This document shows positions 10,305 through 23,548 of a stretch of 64,000 nt of DNA, piece after piece. The notes under the pieces are model-generated. The model made no database searches, was not told the DNA's origin, and saw nothing but the letters and a program-made list of their open reading frames with translations. Position 1 is the stretch's first letter, and the number at the start of each line of letters is the position of its first letter. The translations under genes and the position numbers were made by a program. This DNA comes from Fimicolochytrium jonesii (lineage: Eukaryota): NCBI RefSeq assembly GCF_025526975.1, contig NW_026515681.1:496001-560000 (forward strand), given 5' to 3'.

Positions 10305-13300
10305 TCAGATATGTTTACGGCGACGTGAGACTGTCGCTCTCTCCTTCGCCTTGGTCTCCCGAGTCTGCTGGCCCTTTGCGGCTTGCTTTCGGACATATCG
10401 CCTGTGGGCCGAGGTGTCACGGACGTGTCGGAGTGGCTCCCATGTGTTCTGGGACACGTCGTAGCCGGCCCATTTGACCAGGAACATCTCGGTGTTGCGT
10501 ACCCACTTGGAGTCGAGGATGTCTTCAACTCGGTGTTCGAGTTCGCCAATGACTTCCTCCGGGGGGGGGTGGTGCGTCCACTTTTCGGTATGGGCCGTTC
10601 TCCGAAGGGTTGTACCTGCGTAGGATGTTGACGTGGAACACCGGGTGTAGTCCACTGAACTCGTGGGAGAGCTCCAGCTTGTAGGTGTCCGGGTGGGGCC
10701 CTTTTCCGCTGACGGTGAAGGGCCCGATCCATAGCGCGGAGAGCTTCTTGTTTCGGGCCGAGATACTCTTGATCTGGATGCCTTCGCGGTTCAGCAGGAC
10801 CTGGTCGCCTACTACGAACGCGTCCGTATTCTTGTTCCTGTCGTAGTATCTTGGCTGCCTGTCCTGGGCCTCTTGGAGTCTGTGCTGAACGATGCGGCTC
10901 ACCTCGGTCAGTTGCTGCATGCGCTCCTCAATTTCGATTGGCCTGTTTCAGTTGCTCTGTTGGGTCGCTGGTACCCCATTGGTCTGGTACCTTCGGGATG
11001 TACCCGATGTCGATCTCGTACGGGGACATGCCCGTGGAGGTCTGGGGCGTTCTGTTGTAGTTGTACTCGAGGAGGGGAAGCATCTTGCGCCAGTTCGAGC
11101 CGGTGTAGTTCAGGTAGAGGACCATCATCTTCTTGATTGTCTTGATGACGTTCTCCGTCTTGCCGTCGGTCTGTTGGTGGCGTGCCGACGAGAGTTCCTG
11201 CTCTACGCCGGCGCACTTCAGGAGGTGCTTCCAAAAGGCGCCGGTCCATTTGGTGTCCCGATCACTGATGATCATGTGGGGCATGCCCGTGATGCGGAAG
11301 GCCTGGTCGAAGAACAGCTGGGCGAGTTCCTTCGCCGTCACCTTGGCATGGGTCTCGAGGAGGATTACACGGCTTGATAAGTAGTCCACCAGGATGAGGA
11401 CGGCTCCCTTGTCCATGACGGACTCGTCTCCCGCTTCCCCCCCCTTAGAGTTCGTTGTGGGGAAGTAGATGTCCAAGCCGACGCAACGCCAGCGCTTGTC
11501 GGGGACCGGAATGCTGCGTAGGAGCCCGAAGTTGGAAGCCTGCTTGTTTCGTTGGCAGTCGGGACAAGTCCGGACGTACTGGTGGACCTCGCGCTCGAGG
11601 CGGGGCCAGTAGTTGAGCGCGAGGAGTTTGGCGACGGTGCGCTGGACACCCGAGTGACCGCCGTTGGCCAGGGAGTCGTGATAGAACCTGAGGAGGGGGC
11701 CCCGAAGGCCCTCGGGGACGTAGCGGCGGCCATGGTACAAAAGGAAGCCGCGGTCGTCACGCGTGAGGCAGCGGGCAAAACCCGAGAGGGTAGAGGGGTC
11801 GTCGGGGTTTGTCGCGGTGGTCTGCAGGTGGACGAGGGTGTCCCTGCAGAACTTGTCATCGTCGAGCGCAGTGAGCCACTCGGCGTCGGTAGGGAGGCGG
11901 CCGGTGATGTCCGGTAGCGGTGTCCCGGTGACAATGGAGAACACTTCGACCTTAATCTGACAGCTGGCGCACTTCGGGACGCACAGCGGGGTGCAGCTGA
12001 GTATGTCGGCGATGTGATTGAACTCGCCGGGGAGGTATTGGATAGTGAAGTTGTAGTCCTGAAGGAACTCCACCCATCCGGCCTGGCGCCGGGAGAGATG
12101 AGGCTGATTCTGGAGGTATATGAGGAATTTGTGGTCAACGAATGCACGGAATTGGCGACCGATGAGGTAGTGGCGGTTAGCGCAGATCACTTTGACCAAT
12201 GCGAGGAGCTCCTGTTCGTGCACGGTGTATCGGGTTTCGGCCGGAGCCATCTTGCGTGAGTCATATGAGATGACAAGGAGGCGCGGAAGGTTATTGAGGC
12301 CCTTTTTCGTGGTGGGCAGTGGATTCGGCATGGGAAAGTCGCCGTCCGTGCCCTGACCGATCCAGCCCCCTACAACGAAGCCCGACGCGTCAGAGAAGAC
12401 GTAGGGGAACTTATTGGGGTCGAAGAACGCCAGGCAAGGGGCATCGGCGACGTGCGCCTTGATGGTGTCCAATGCTGCTTGTTCCTCGGCGCCCCACTGC
12501 CACGGGTGGGTGCCGGATTGAAGGTTGGTCAGCGGGAGGGCTGTGTCAGCATGATACGGAATGTATTCCTTGACATAGTTGACTGGCCCCATGAAGGAGA
12601 GGAGCTCGAGGGCGCTGGTGGGTTCGGGTCGAGCGCGGACAGCCTCGACCTTGGCCGGGGCAATGGAAAGGCCGTCCTTACCAACCATGTGCCCGCAGAA
12701 CTTGACCTGGTCCACTGGCCACTGACATTTGGACGGTTTCACGTGTAGGCAGTGAGCCGAGAGGGTCTTGAGCACTTCGGTGACATGCCCGATGTGTGAG
12801 TCCATGTCGGGGCTGAAAATAAGGATGTCATTGTGGTAAGAGATGAGGTATGAATCGTACTTGTCGCCCAGGAGTTTGTTCGTAAGGCGTTGGAACGTCG
12901 CGGGCGCGTTCGTCAGCCCGAAGGGTAATACGTTGTACTGGAAGTGGCCAAAGCGCGTTCGGAAGGCAGTCTTCTCACGGTCTTCCTCCCGAATGAGGAT
13001 GCAACGGTAGGCATCGCGGATGTTGATAGCGGTCAAGACCTTCATGCCGACAAGGCGGTCCCAAAGCTCGTTGAGGTTCGGGAGGGGCGAGGCGTCCTTA
13101 TGGGTCATCTTGTTGAGGGCCCGGTATTTGATGCAGCAGCGGAGGCCACCGTCCTTCTTCGGGGCGAACAGCACGGGTGCCCCCCAGGGGCTCTTAGAGT
13201 GGGAGATCCACCCGCGGGATGATAGGCGCTCGAGTTGCTGCCGTAGCTTGTCGAGTTCATCGGGGGCCAATCCTCGGCTTTGGCGACGTCCGCGAGGGCG

Positions 13301-13895
13301 TCGTCTGTGGCCAGGTCCACCTCCGTGTCCGTGCGTGAGACCCATGCTTATCCCTCTTGATCGCTCGCTTGAATTGTTTGGTCGTGAGGAAGCCCTCCTC
13401 ATTTAAGGCCGCGCGCTTTGGGTAGAAACGGCGGGGGAGAGGGCCCGTATGAGGTTCGAGTAACCGGGCCGCGCAAGCGCTGGGTTGTTGCCATCAGCGG
13501 GTGGTAGGTTTAGCGCGGAAAGTTAGTACGGTTGCGTTAGCCTCAAATTGAAGCGCCGGGAACCCATTGTCGCGCCATGAGCGTATGAGGTCAAGGTCCA
13601 GGATGTAGGGTAGCCCTAGGATAACATCCGCGCGGATCGGGGCCACGACAAATGGGACCCGAGGGGTCTTATGAGGTATTCGTTCCTCTGTGAAGACGGA
13701 GAGGTCGGCACAAATCATCTGCGTGGCACCGTATGATCCGGCTTTGTCACCCCAGCGCACCTCGAGGGGCGTGGGACAGTCATACGTGTTAAGATCATGG
13801 CGTTGGGCTAATGAGTCGCCGATGAGCATGGTATTGCAACCAGTGTCTATGAGGATGCGGCAGAAGATGCCGCCGACACGTCCGGGAGAAAATCC
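10305..13895 (-). pseudogene. pol: pol: protease, RT, RNase H, integrase and chromodomain; frameshifted, with a mutated RT active site
   Basis: PR ILIDTGC; RT SPWGAPVLF, KTAFRTRFGHF, LPFGLTNAPATFQ and YHNDILI (expected YxDD); RH FSDASG, EQELLA; IN H-H-CPDC, IISDRD, DGKTE, WIGPF; chromodomain RVEDILDS...FLVKWAGYDVSQNTWEP. Frame breaks near 13500-13300, 10930 and 10560. Confidence 0.95.
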
Positions 13896-15340
13896 TGACT
13901 GTCAACGGAGTATGCGGGGCTCGGGGGCTCCTCCGCGGCCGAATGGAACTCGTCGTTGTCATCATCGAAGGCCTCGGCGGGCGCCGCCGAGATCTTGAGT
14001 CGGTCCGGGTTCTTAGGGCACGCTCGGGCGTAGTGGTCCTTGCTGCCGCAAGTGTGACATTCGCCTCGCTAAGTTTTCCTCTCCTTTCCAAGGGGTACTC
14101 GGTTGGAGTTGAAGGTGCGGGGCGTATCGCGCTTGTCGCGAGCCTGGGCCGGAGTGGCCGTAGCGGGTTGGATCCGTTTGCCGTCTTCCGAAATGCGGGC
14201 GATCCCATCAGCATAACCCCTGATGCGGAAGGCCCTCTGGGCGGCTTCCTTAAGGGTCTTGATGGGGATGTCTTTGTCCTCATTGCCCTGTTGTAGGATG
14301 AACTGGTAACACTGCTCACGGATGCGACGTCCGACCTGGTGGAAGGTCAGCCCGTTCAGGAAGTATTCACGCTCCTGTCGCGGCGTGAGATGTTCCTTTT
14401 CGGGGAGGATAGCGATCTGTCTGGTCAGTGCGCTGAAGGCCGAAACGTAGTCGGACATGCTGTCTTTGAACTTCAGGGCGGCCAGTTTCGCCTCAACCGA
14501 ATTACAGAGGTTGGCGGGGTAGAACCTGCGCCTGAGTGCCTTCAGGAACCGTTCTAGGGTGGCGGGAGACTCTCCGGAGCGAGCCTTGAGCTTCCACCAC
14601 TCAGCAGCGTCTCCCGGCAAGTGGGCTACGAAGTGTTTCACATCCCCGTCCTCCGTTTTGAATTCGGTGGCTTCCAGATAGCGTAGGTGGGCGTCGACAA
14701 ACTCGTCCAGTTTGGCGACCATGTCTTTACTGTTAGCCTTACCATCGAACTCGGTCAGCATCTTAGCCAAGGTGGCTCGGAACTCCTTCTCGGTGGCCGC
14801 CTTGCGCTTACGCTCTTCGCTAGCTGCCAAATGGTCCTCGCGGCTAACTTGTACTCCAGCAAAGAGGCTGTCATCTGGGCGGTCCCTCTCCAGGCGCTCG
14901 AATCGCTGCTGGAGTTGGGCGGTGGTGTTGGCCAGCTGGGCTAGGATTTGGAGGATTGTTGCCTGTCCGTTCTCCTGTCGGGCTGGGATACGGCTCCTGC
15001 GCCGCATGGGGGAGCGGCTTCGGGTCCTCGCCGGGGAGCGGCTGCGGTAGCGGCTTGCTGAGCGGCTCCTTCGATGGGGTGGGGAGATGCTCCTGCGACC
15101 TTGTCGTCCGCGCCTGTATCGCTCTGGCGTCCGATTCCGGCGTCGGGGGTCCAGGCTTCGACAACGACGAGGTGAGCGTGAGCGGGAGTGCCTCCTTCCA
15201 GGTGCAACCACGGGGGGACCCCCTGCGCCTGTGCAAGGGGCGGTTATGCTCCGCGGGGCGGTTGCCTTGGCGTTGGTCGCCGTCGAATCGTTGCGCTCTT
15301 CGATGCGGGTGTTCAAATGGGTCAAGCTCTAAGCGGTCAT
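13847..15340 (-). pseudogene. gag: gag with RS-rich N-terminus, capsid-like region and CCHC knuckle
   Basis: ORF 14069-15325 (HLPGDAAEWW, FLKALRRRFYP, SDYVSAF) continues past TAG 14069-14071 into CHTCGSKDHYARAC and stops at 13847. The start codon is uncertain (15340 or 15395). Confidence 0.88.
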
Positions 15341-15424
15341 TGTTAACTATCGCATAGCTGACGGCAGTATTAGCACCCGCCTGAGAGTTGCTCATCGTAG
15401 GTTGCCGGAGAGATCTTGAAGGGT

Positions 15425-15434
15425 GGTGCTACCA
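15425..15434 (-). other. Primer-binding site (initiator-Met tRNA type)
   Basis: TGGTAGCACC directly after the 5' LTR, close to the Ty1/Ty3 PBS TGGTAGCGCC. Confidence 0.8.
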
Positions 15435-15653
15435 TGTAATAATGCTAGGTCCGTTGCCAGAGGCTAGCTCTGTCCCCGCTCAATGTATTGAAAGAATTCT
15501 AGCGTTTCTACCTCCTGGGGCGCCGCCCGAAGGCTTTTCTTCCCTTCGGGAGTCACCCCATAGCGTAGAACTCCAATATAATCTATGCTACACGTGATCT
15601 CATGCCCTACGCGCTTCCCCGCACTAAGGTGACACCTGCAGCACCTCATCACA
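15435..15653 (-). repeat. 5' LTR
   Basis: 219-bp direct repeat of 8408-8626. Confidence 0.97.
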
Positions 15654-16445
15654 CAGGAGCGACGGGAGCGGCAACCGGAGCAGCGGGGGCGACGGGAGCA
15701 CCCGGGATAGTGTCTCTCTCAGCGTGGGTCAGACCCGACCTACCCGGCGCTTTCGAGTAGTAGTTGCGGGCTCCCTTCTTGCTCGTCGGGGGAGGGGTTG
15801 TCGCGCGCCCGTTACCCTTCTTGAGTCGCTTTCGTTGAGGCTCTTCCTCATCCGAGTTCACCTCGACCACTTCGATCGCCCCTGCAGGACGGTAGCTCGG
15901 GTCAACATCCTCGGAGTCGCTACTCCCCACCTCGATCACTTCCTGCGCCGTGATCCTGCCACTGCTTGCGGCGGTTGCCATGCAAGTCTCGATGGCCGTG
16001 AGGAGTTTCAACCCCGTGCCAGCTGGTGCATCTTGGTGGTGTGACGCCGCGCACCTTGGGGTGGCAAGCAGGCGCGCTATCGGAAGACGGGGTCAGTGGG
16101 GTCCGCCACACACAAGGAACAACACAAGGAACGAACTGTCTGACGTACCAGACGGCAAGGACTTCAAACGCGTGATCGCCAGGTCCCGGGTCACCTTATA
16201 GTCAGTCGTTGCGGATCGTGCAATGGCCTTGAATATCTCGTCCGTCGGTACCCATTCGCACATGTCCCGCAGTTCGATATATCTGCAAGCGTCATCAGAA
16301 CGGCCAGCAGGACCCCGAGCAGGACCCTCACTCTTCACTTACAAGAGAGCTAGGAGGTGCGCCGTCACATGGCGCAAGCCCGGGTCTCCGTATGACAGGG
16401 CGGCGGAGTCAAGTCTCCGCCCGTCGTGGCAAGTTGCTTGGACAT
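15654..16445 (-). pseudogene. 5' part of the third Harbinger gene: spliced, unknown nuclear protein with two SIM-like motifs and an NLS
   Basis: Introns 16342-16283 (GTAAGT..GCAG) and 16148-16077 (GTACGT..CTGAC..ATAG) join ORFs 16339-16575, 16093-16338 and 15649-16011 in frame. Motifs EVIEVGSSDSED, IEVVEVNSDEEE and PQRKRLKK. Using ATG 16445 requires one frameshift. Confidence 0.65.
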
Positions 16446-16867
16446 AGAGGGGGCTGGGACCGCAGGGTTGTTTGAAAACGCGCAAGCTACTGACAGCTGT
16501 GTGCGCTGAGACGAGGGGGGAGGCGTGCCCACCCCGACGTTTATGGGTGGATGTAGACCGCGGAGGAGCAAGCACCGGACGGTGTGGGCTGAAACATGTG
16601 GGGGTAGTGGGGTGTGGGGGGACCGGCGAGCCCTACCGCTGGGACGCGTGGCAGACGCCCGCCAAGCAGGTAAGAGGGACGGTAAGAGCTGGTCCCGGGG
16701 GGACATAGAGTCAACAGGCGTCATATTTCTGACATATGCGAGTTACCACGGAACACCTTTAAATCCATGCATGGTATAGACGGGAGTAGGGGGCCCACGA
16801 CGCCAGAGGTAGAGGTGCGGAGGGTGGGGGGGGGGGAGGGGGGGGGGGGCGCGCTCGTCAAACCAGC

Positions 16868-18041
16868 CTACTGCGCGGTGGGTTTGGTGTCCCGCAGCCT
16901 GGCCTTCATCTCGAGGGCCTTCATCTTGAAATCCCATTTGCGCTCGCTGTCCAGCCTGCGTCTCTCGGCGACCGCGCGCCGTTCCTCAAGCTTCAGCTGG
17001 AATCGTCGCTCCGCGGACTTCCTGACAAACCGCCGCTCCTCGAGCTCTGCCTCCCTCGCCTCTTGGCGCTCCTCAAGCTCCAAGTGAAAGCGTTGACCGG
17101 CCTCCTCTATGGCCAACCGCCTCTCTTCAAGTATCTGCTCATCCAGCTCATCCATCATGACTCTGCAAACCGCTAGACGGCCCCCCATCGGTTGGGGACT
17201 CCCCATCGCCGGCCGTGGACCCCTCCAGTATGTCCTCCAGGGCCATTTGCGACTCCATACCCGCAAAATCTCCCAGTTGGGAGTGAAGCTGCGACCCCAG
17301 CTGCTCCTGCGTGTCTGGTGGCGTCTGTGGTGGCGCCTCCGACGGGTTCTGCGTCTCGGACAGCGTGTCCTGCAGCGTTTCATGGGACCCTGCGGTTTCC
17401 GAGTCCTCCGGCGTCCCGGCCTTGTCCGGCGACTCACAAAGCAAAGGTGACTGTGGCGGGGCCCCCGAGACCAGCCCGGCGGCGAGGTTCGAGGGCAAGA
17501 TTGACGAGGCGGCCATTGACTCCTGAGACCCTACCGAGTGCAAGGCCGTCGTGCCAGCGCAGGACCAATAAGGCTCGAGCTCAAAGAAATATGGAAAGAT
17601 CTTGACGATACAGGCCTGTATGTTGGGGGTATTCCTCTTCTCCTCCTCCGTCAGACCCTCCCCCGTCTGATTGAATCGAAACTGGGCCTCCTTGAACTTC
17701 TTATCCTACTGTGCAAGCTAGTTCTTGATGCGAGTCTTGGTCATGTCCTTTCGGTTCTCATACATGAACATTTTTATCTTCCAAATCACGTCCGTTCGCT
17801 TATCCTTCTTCGAGCGGTTGACCCCGTTGGCGTCCGGGGTGTCGCGATGCTGCAGGGCCTTGGAGTTCTCGCCCGTAGAGAGCCAATGCACCAAGAGAGC
17901 CTCTTCTTCGTTGTCCCAAAAAGCGTATGCAGCGTTCGCCCGCTGCTTCCCCGCAGCGGACTTCGCGCTTGGCTTCTTTGCCCGGGGCTTGCGGGCCCCG
18001 GGAGCCCCGGCAGTAGAGGGTCCAGCGTCAGCAGACGACAT
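16868..18041 (-). pseudogene. Harbinger ORF2: Myb/SANT-like DNA-binding protein with C-terminal coiled coil
   Basis: FWDNEEEALLVHWLSTGEN...IKN*LAQ*DKKFKEA...NQTGEGL...IFPYFFELEP. TAGs at 17718 and 17706. A frameshift near 17185 leads into the E/R-rich coiled coil (EERRLAIEE...). Confidence 0.85.
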
Positions 18042-18359
18042 GGTGTTGGGGGCAATGGGGGGGTGTACGGTGAGGGGGGTTCGTTGTTGGTGCGGGCGGG
18101 GAGGCGGAACACCCCCAGGGTCCTGACGACCCCAGGTTCGCTGGAGGCCTTTTTGCTGCTCTCCCCCCGAGAATCCTGTTTTTCTACACCCTGGAGTAGC
18201 GGAACTGGGGAACGGGGGCCTCACTAGCCCCAGAAAATCGGGAAGCCCGACAGATCATCGGGACGTGATTGGGGGGAGCCTGCGCGCACGAACTCTGGAC
18301 GCGTCGCGAAACGCGCTCGCAGTTTCGCTAATCTCGCGATTATCTGCCGTTACTGTTTT

Positions 18360-18387
18360 CGATTATTGGGGGCTAGTGAAACGCCCT
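18360..18387 (-). repeat. Right terminal inverted repeat
   Basis: CGATTATTGGGGGCTAGTGAAACGCCCT followed by the TSD ACT. Confidence 0.95.
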
Positions 18388-18674
18388 ACTGGCTATGGCT
18401 TTGAAGCACAAAGCCAGCTTGTCCTCATCTCGGCGGCTCTTACCCAAGTGTTCACATGATTGCCGCACATCGCACCAGAAACCGCCATGGCCTGCTCTCG
18501 GAGACCCAAGCCACATCAACCACAAACCAAGTCCTAAACAATCTAATCTAGAGCTATGTTCGAAGGTAGATCCGCAACTGATGACCACTGTTCAATTCAA
18601 TTTTATATACAACAAACCAAAGAATGTTTGGTGAGGGTTGGAGGGCTGGAGGTGAATGGGTACGCACCACCGAC

Positions 18675-20495
18675 CTAATCATCGCGGTCAACGTAATTCG
18701 CCATCGGGTCCGCGGCGTTGCTCCTCGACAGCCTATATGCCTCCAACTCCTCCTCCGTGACATCCTTGACCTCCACATTGCTGCTATATTTCCCTTTCTT
18801 GGCACTTCTCGTGCGCCCTTCATCCTCCTCCCTGTCCTTTCCAAGCGCTTCGCGGGCTTTCCGTTTGCGTTCAGCGTCGAGCGCTTCGCTCAGCTTGGCC
18901 TCGTCGAGGGATACCTCCCCTTCCCCAAGACGTTCTCCTCGCCCTTTCTGTTGCTTCGCGCGGTCCAGGCGGTCTTGCGCTTGCATGCCGTTGGGCCCTT
19001 CTTTGGCAGCGCGCGCAACATACTGCTCCAAGAGACTTTTTGGTGCACTCGCCTCCTGATCTTCATTAGCCGCGGCGCCGCCCGTCAACTGCGCAACAGA
19101 TGCCCTTGCCGCTTCAATTCCTGCAGCGCCGGTACAGTACGCGCCAACAATCGTATTGTGACAACACGCGTAACCCCACTGTCCGCTCTTCCACCAACTT
19201 CCCCATACCGTCGTGTGGTTGAGAGGATGGACGTCTTCTTCGTATTTACTTTTGGCGGCAGCGCGTTCTTGACCTTTGATGACCCGACCCGTCTGCGAGT
19301 ATTCCACGTAGTTTTCGCTTTGCGCCAGGAGGAGTTCTTTCGGTGGGGCCGCCAAGTGCTCCGCTCCGCCGTATCGTTCAAGAATCGAGTTTTTGACTTT
19401 TTCCGACACCGCTCCCTTTTTCGATTGGTACTCTTGGTATAGAAGGGCCGCTTGAGTGGGGTTCGACTGCATGTGAACAGGTTTTCCCCTCTCCTCTGCT
19501 TGCCATGCAAACGCTTGCAACTGTCCAAGTTTTGGGGCGTCTCCCGTCCACCGAAGAAAGTTGTCTCCAGCATAGGTCAAGTCTCGCGGGTCGGCGTCCT
19601 CGACCGGGTTATCACGCATAGATCTCGTCTTGGGATCGTAGTAGGCGGAATTCACGTCCAAGTTGAGAAGATACTTGGCGGTATCTTCACGAATACGCAA
19701 GTTCCTGACTGTTGTTCGAGTCTTTGTGTCGAGTTTCTGACCCGGCATATCGGCTCGATCCGCGTACTTTTCTTCATCATCGTCCGAGTCGTCGCTATCG
19801 GCCGGCCCGGCAGCAACGGCTTCCTTCTCCTTTCCTTCCTGTTCCTTTTCGGGAACTGAAATTTTCCCCTCGGCCATCAACTTTTCCTTCTCTTTGACCT
19901 GCTGCTCTCTCAATTTTCTCCGCTCCTCCTCCACCAGATCCCATTCCTCCGCCAATTTGATGTGCTCTGTAGGATCATACCCATTCCATCTATCCCGTTT
20001 CGCCTCAAACCCAAGGTGCACATCCTGCACAAGTTCATCGGCATGTATATCTTTTCCGGACCATTTCGCCCCGGTTTTCCGTGGCCGCTCCACACAATCT
20101 CGGGTCTTATGTGAAAGTGCACCGCAGTTCTCACAAGCACCCTTTCGATATTTCGTGGCGGCAGGTCCGGCCCGTGCTCCTCGCGCGTACCAGTCATTTA
20201 TTGCCCCCTCTTCTTTCGGGTGGTATTTTTGGTGCTTGAGCGTGGGGTGGTTGATATCGAGATACCACGGAGCTTGGGAGATGTAGTGCGGGATGTGGGG
20301 ATTGATGTCGCGGCCAGTTTCGGGATCGACTTCTGCTGGTAATGTTCCACTAGAATCGTAGTTTGTCGTGAGTATTTTACGCTGAACCGGCACTAGCAGA
20401 CGAATTCTTTCCACTTACGCTTTACGCTGTTCTTCGATCACCTTCTGACGTTTGAAGTCCTCGCGACTCAACTTCTGGCTTTGCGCTGTCGCCAT
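18675..20495 (-). CDS. SLU7: Pre-mRNA splicing factor Slu7
   Basis: INPHIPHYISQAPWY, zinc knuckle CENCGALSHKTRDC, AKRDRWNGYD, RNLRIREDTAKYL. The first exon is MATAQSQKLSREDFKRQK. Confidence 0.95.
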
Positions 20496-20922
20496 CGTTA
20501 ACGAGATCGAGAAGAGATACCGGAGAAAGGCGATTGGGTTTCTTTTTCTCAACGAGCCCTACTAGCACTGCTATGAGTTGAGAGCTCGTGATGCTGCTGG
20601 TGGGTGTGGTAAGGTGCGTTTGCAGGGGCAGCAGAAGAAGCTGCATACATATAATATATTAAACTCACGTGACGTTTCGTGCATAGTGCTTCCCCTGCTT
20701 CCCCATCGGCTTCCCCCGCACAGACCTCTCTCGGCGCGAATGAATACCCCTGGTGCCCGAATCCCAATCAACAGTCGCCAGATCCCTCCTTCGCAGAGTA
20801 CTCGACTGGCACGTTTTCTTGCCAACCAGAACGCTCTTCAACTACCTCCTCGTTGGTCTTGTTCTTGCTAGAGATCGGCGTCTCTTCCCTTCTCCCGTGG
20901 TTATCGTTTGCTGTTGTCCGTC

Positions 20923-23548
<2,626 letters not shown>

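Larger units (their letters stand above)
8408..15653 (-). mobile_element. Full-length Ty3/Gypsy LTR retrotransposon (chromovirus), 7246 bp, decayed
   Basis: Two 219-bp TG...CA LTRs, TSD CGGGA/CAGGA (8403-8407 and 15654-15658), PBS, PPT and the order gag-PR-RT-RH-IN-chromodomain. Confidence 0.97.
6292..18387 (+). mobile_element. PIF/Harbinger-superfamily (PHIS) DNA transposon, ~4.85 kb once the nested LTR element is removed; degenerate copy
   Basis: Perfect 18-bp TIRs AGGGCGTTTCACTAGCCC (6292-6309; reverse complement at 18370-18387). 3-bp TSD ACT (6289-6291 and 18388-18390). Contains a DDE transposase and a convergent Myb/SANT gene. Confidence 0.95.

Noticed and set aside
9227..17720. Repeated in-frame TAG codons in TE genes (9227, 14069, 15329, 17706, 17718) suggesting stop-codon reassignment or readthrough
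   Set aside because: Host genes such as SLU7 (18675) and the vWA gene (42232) terminate at TAG. The TEs also contain TAA/TGA stops and frameshifts, so ordinary decay explains the pattern.
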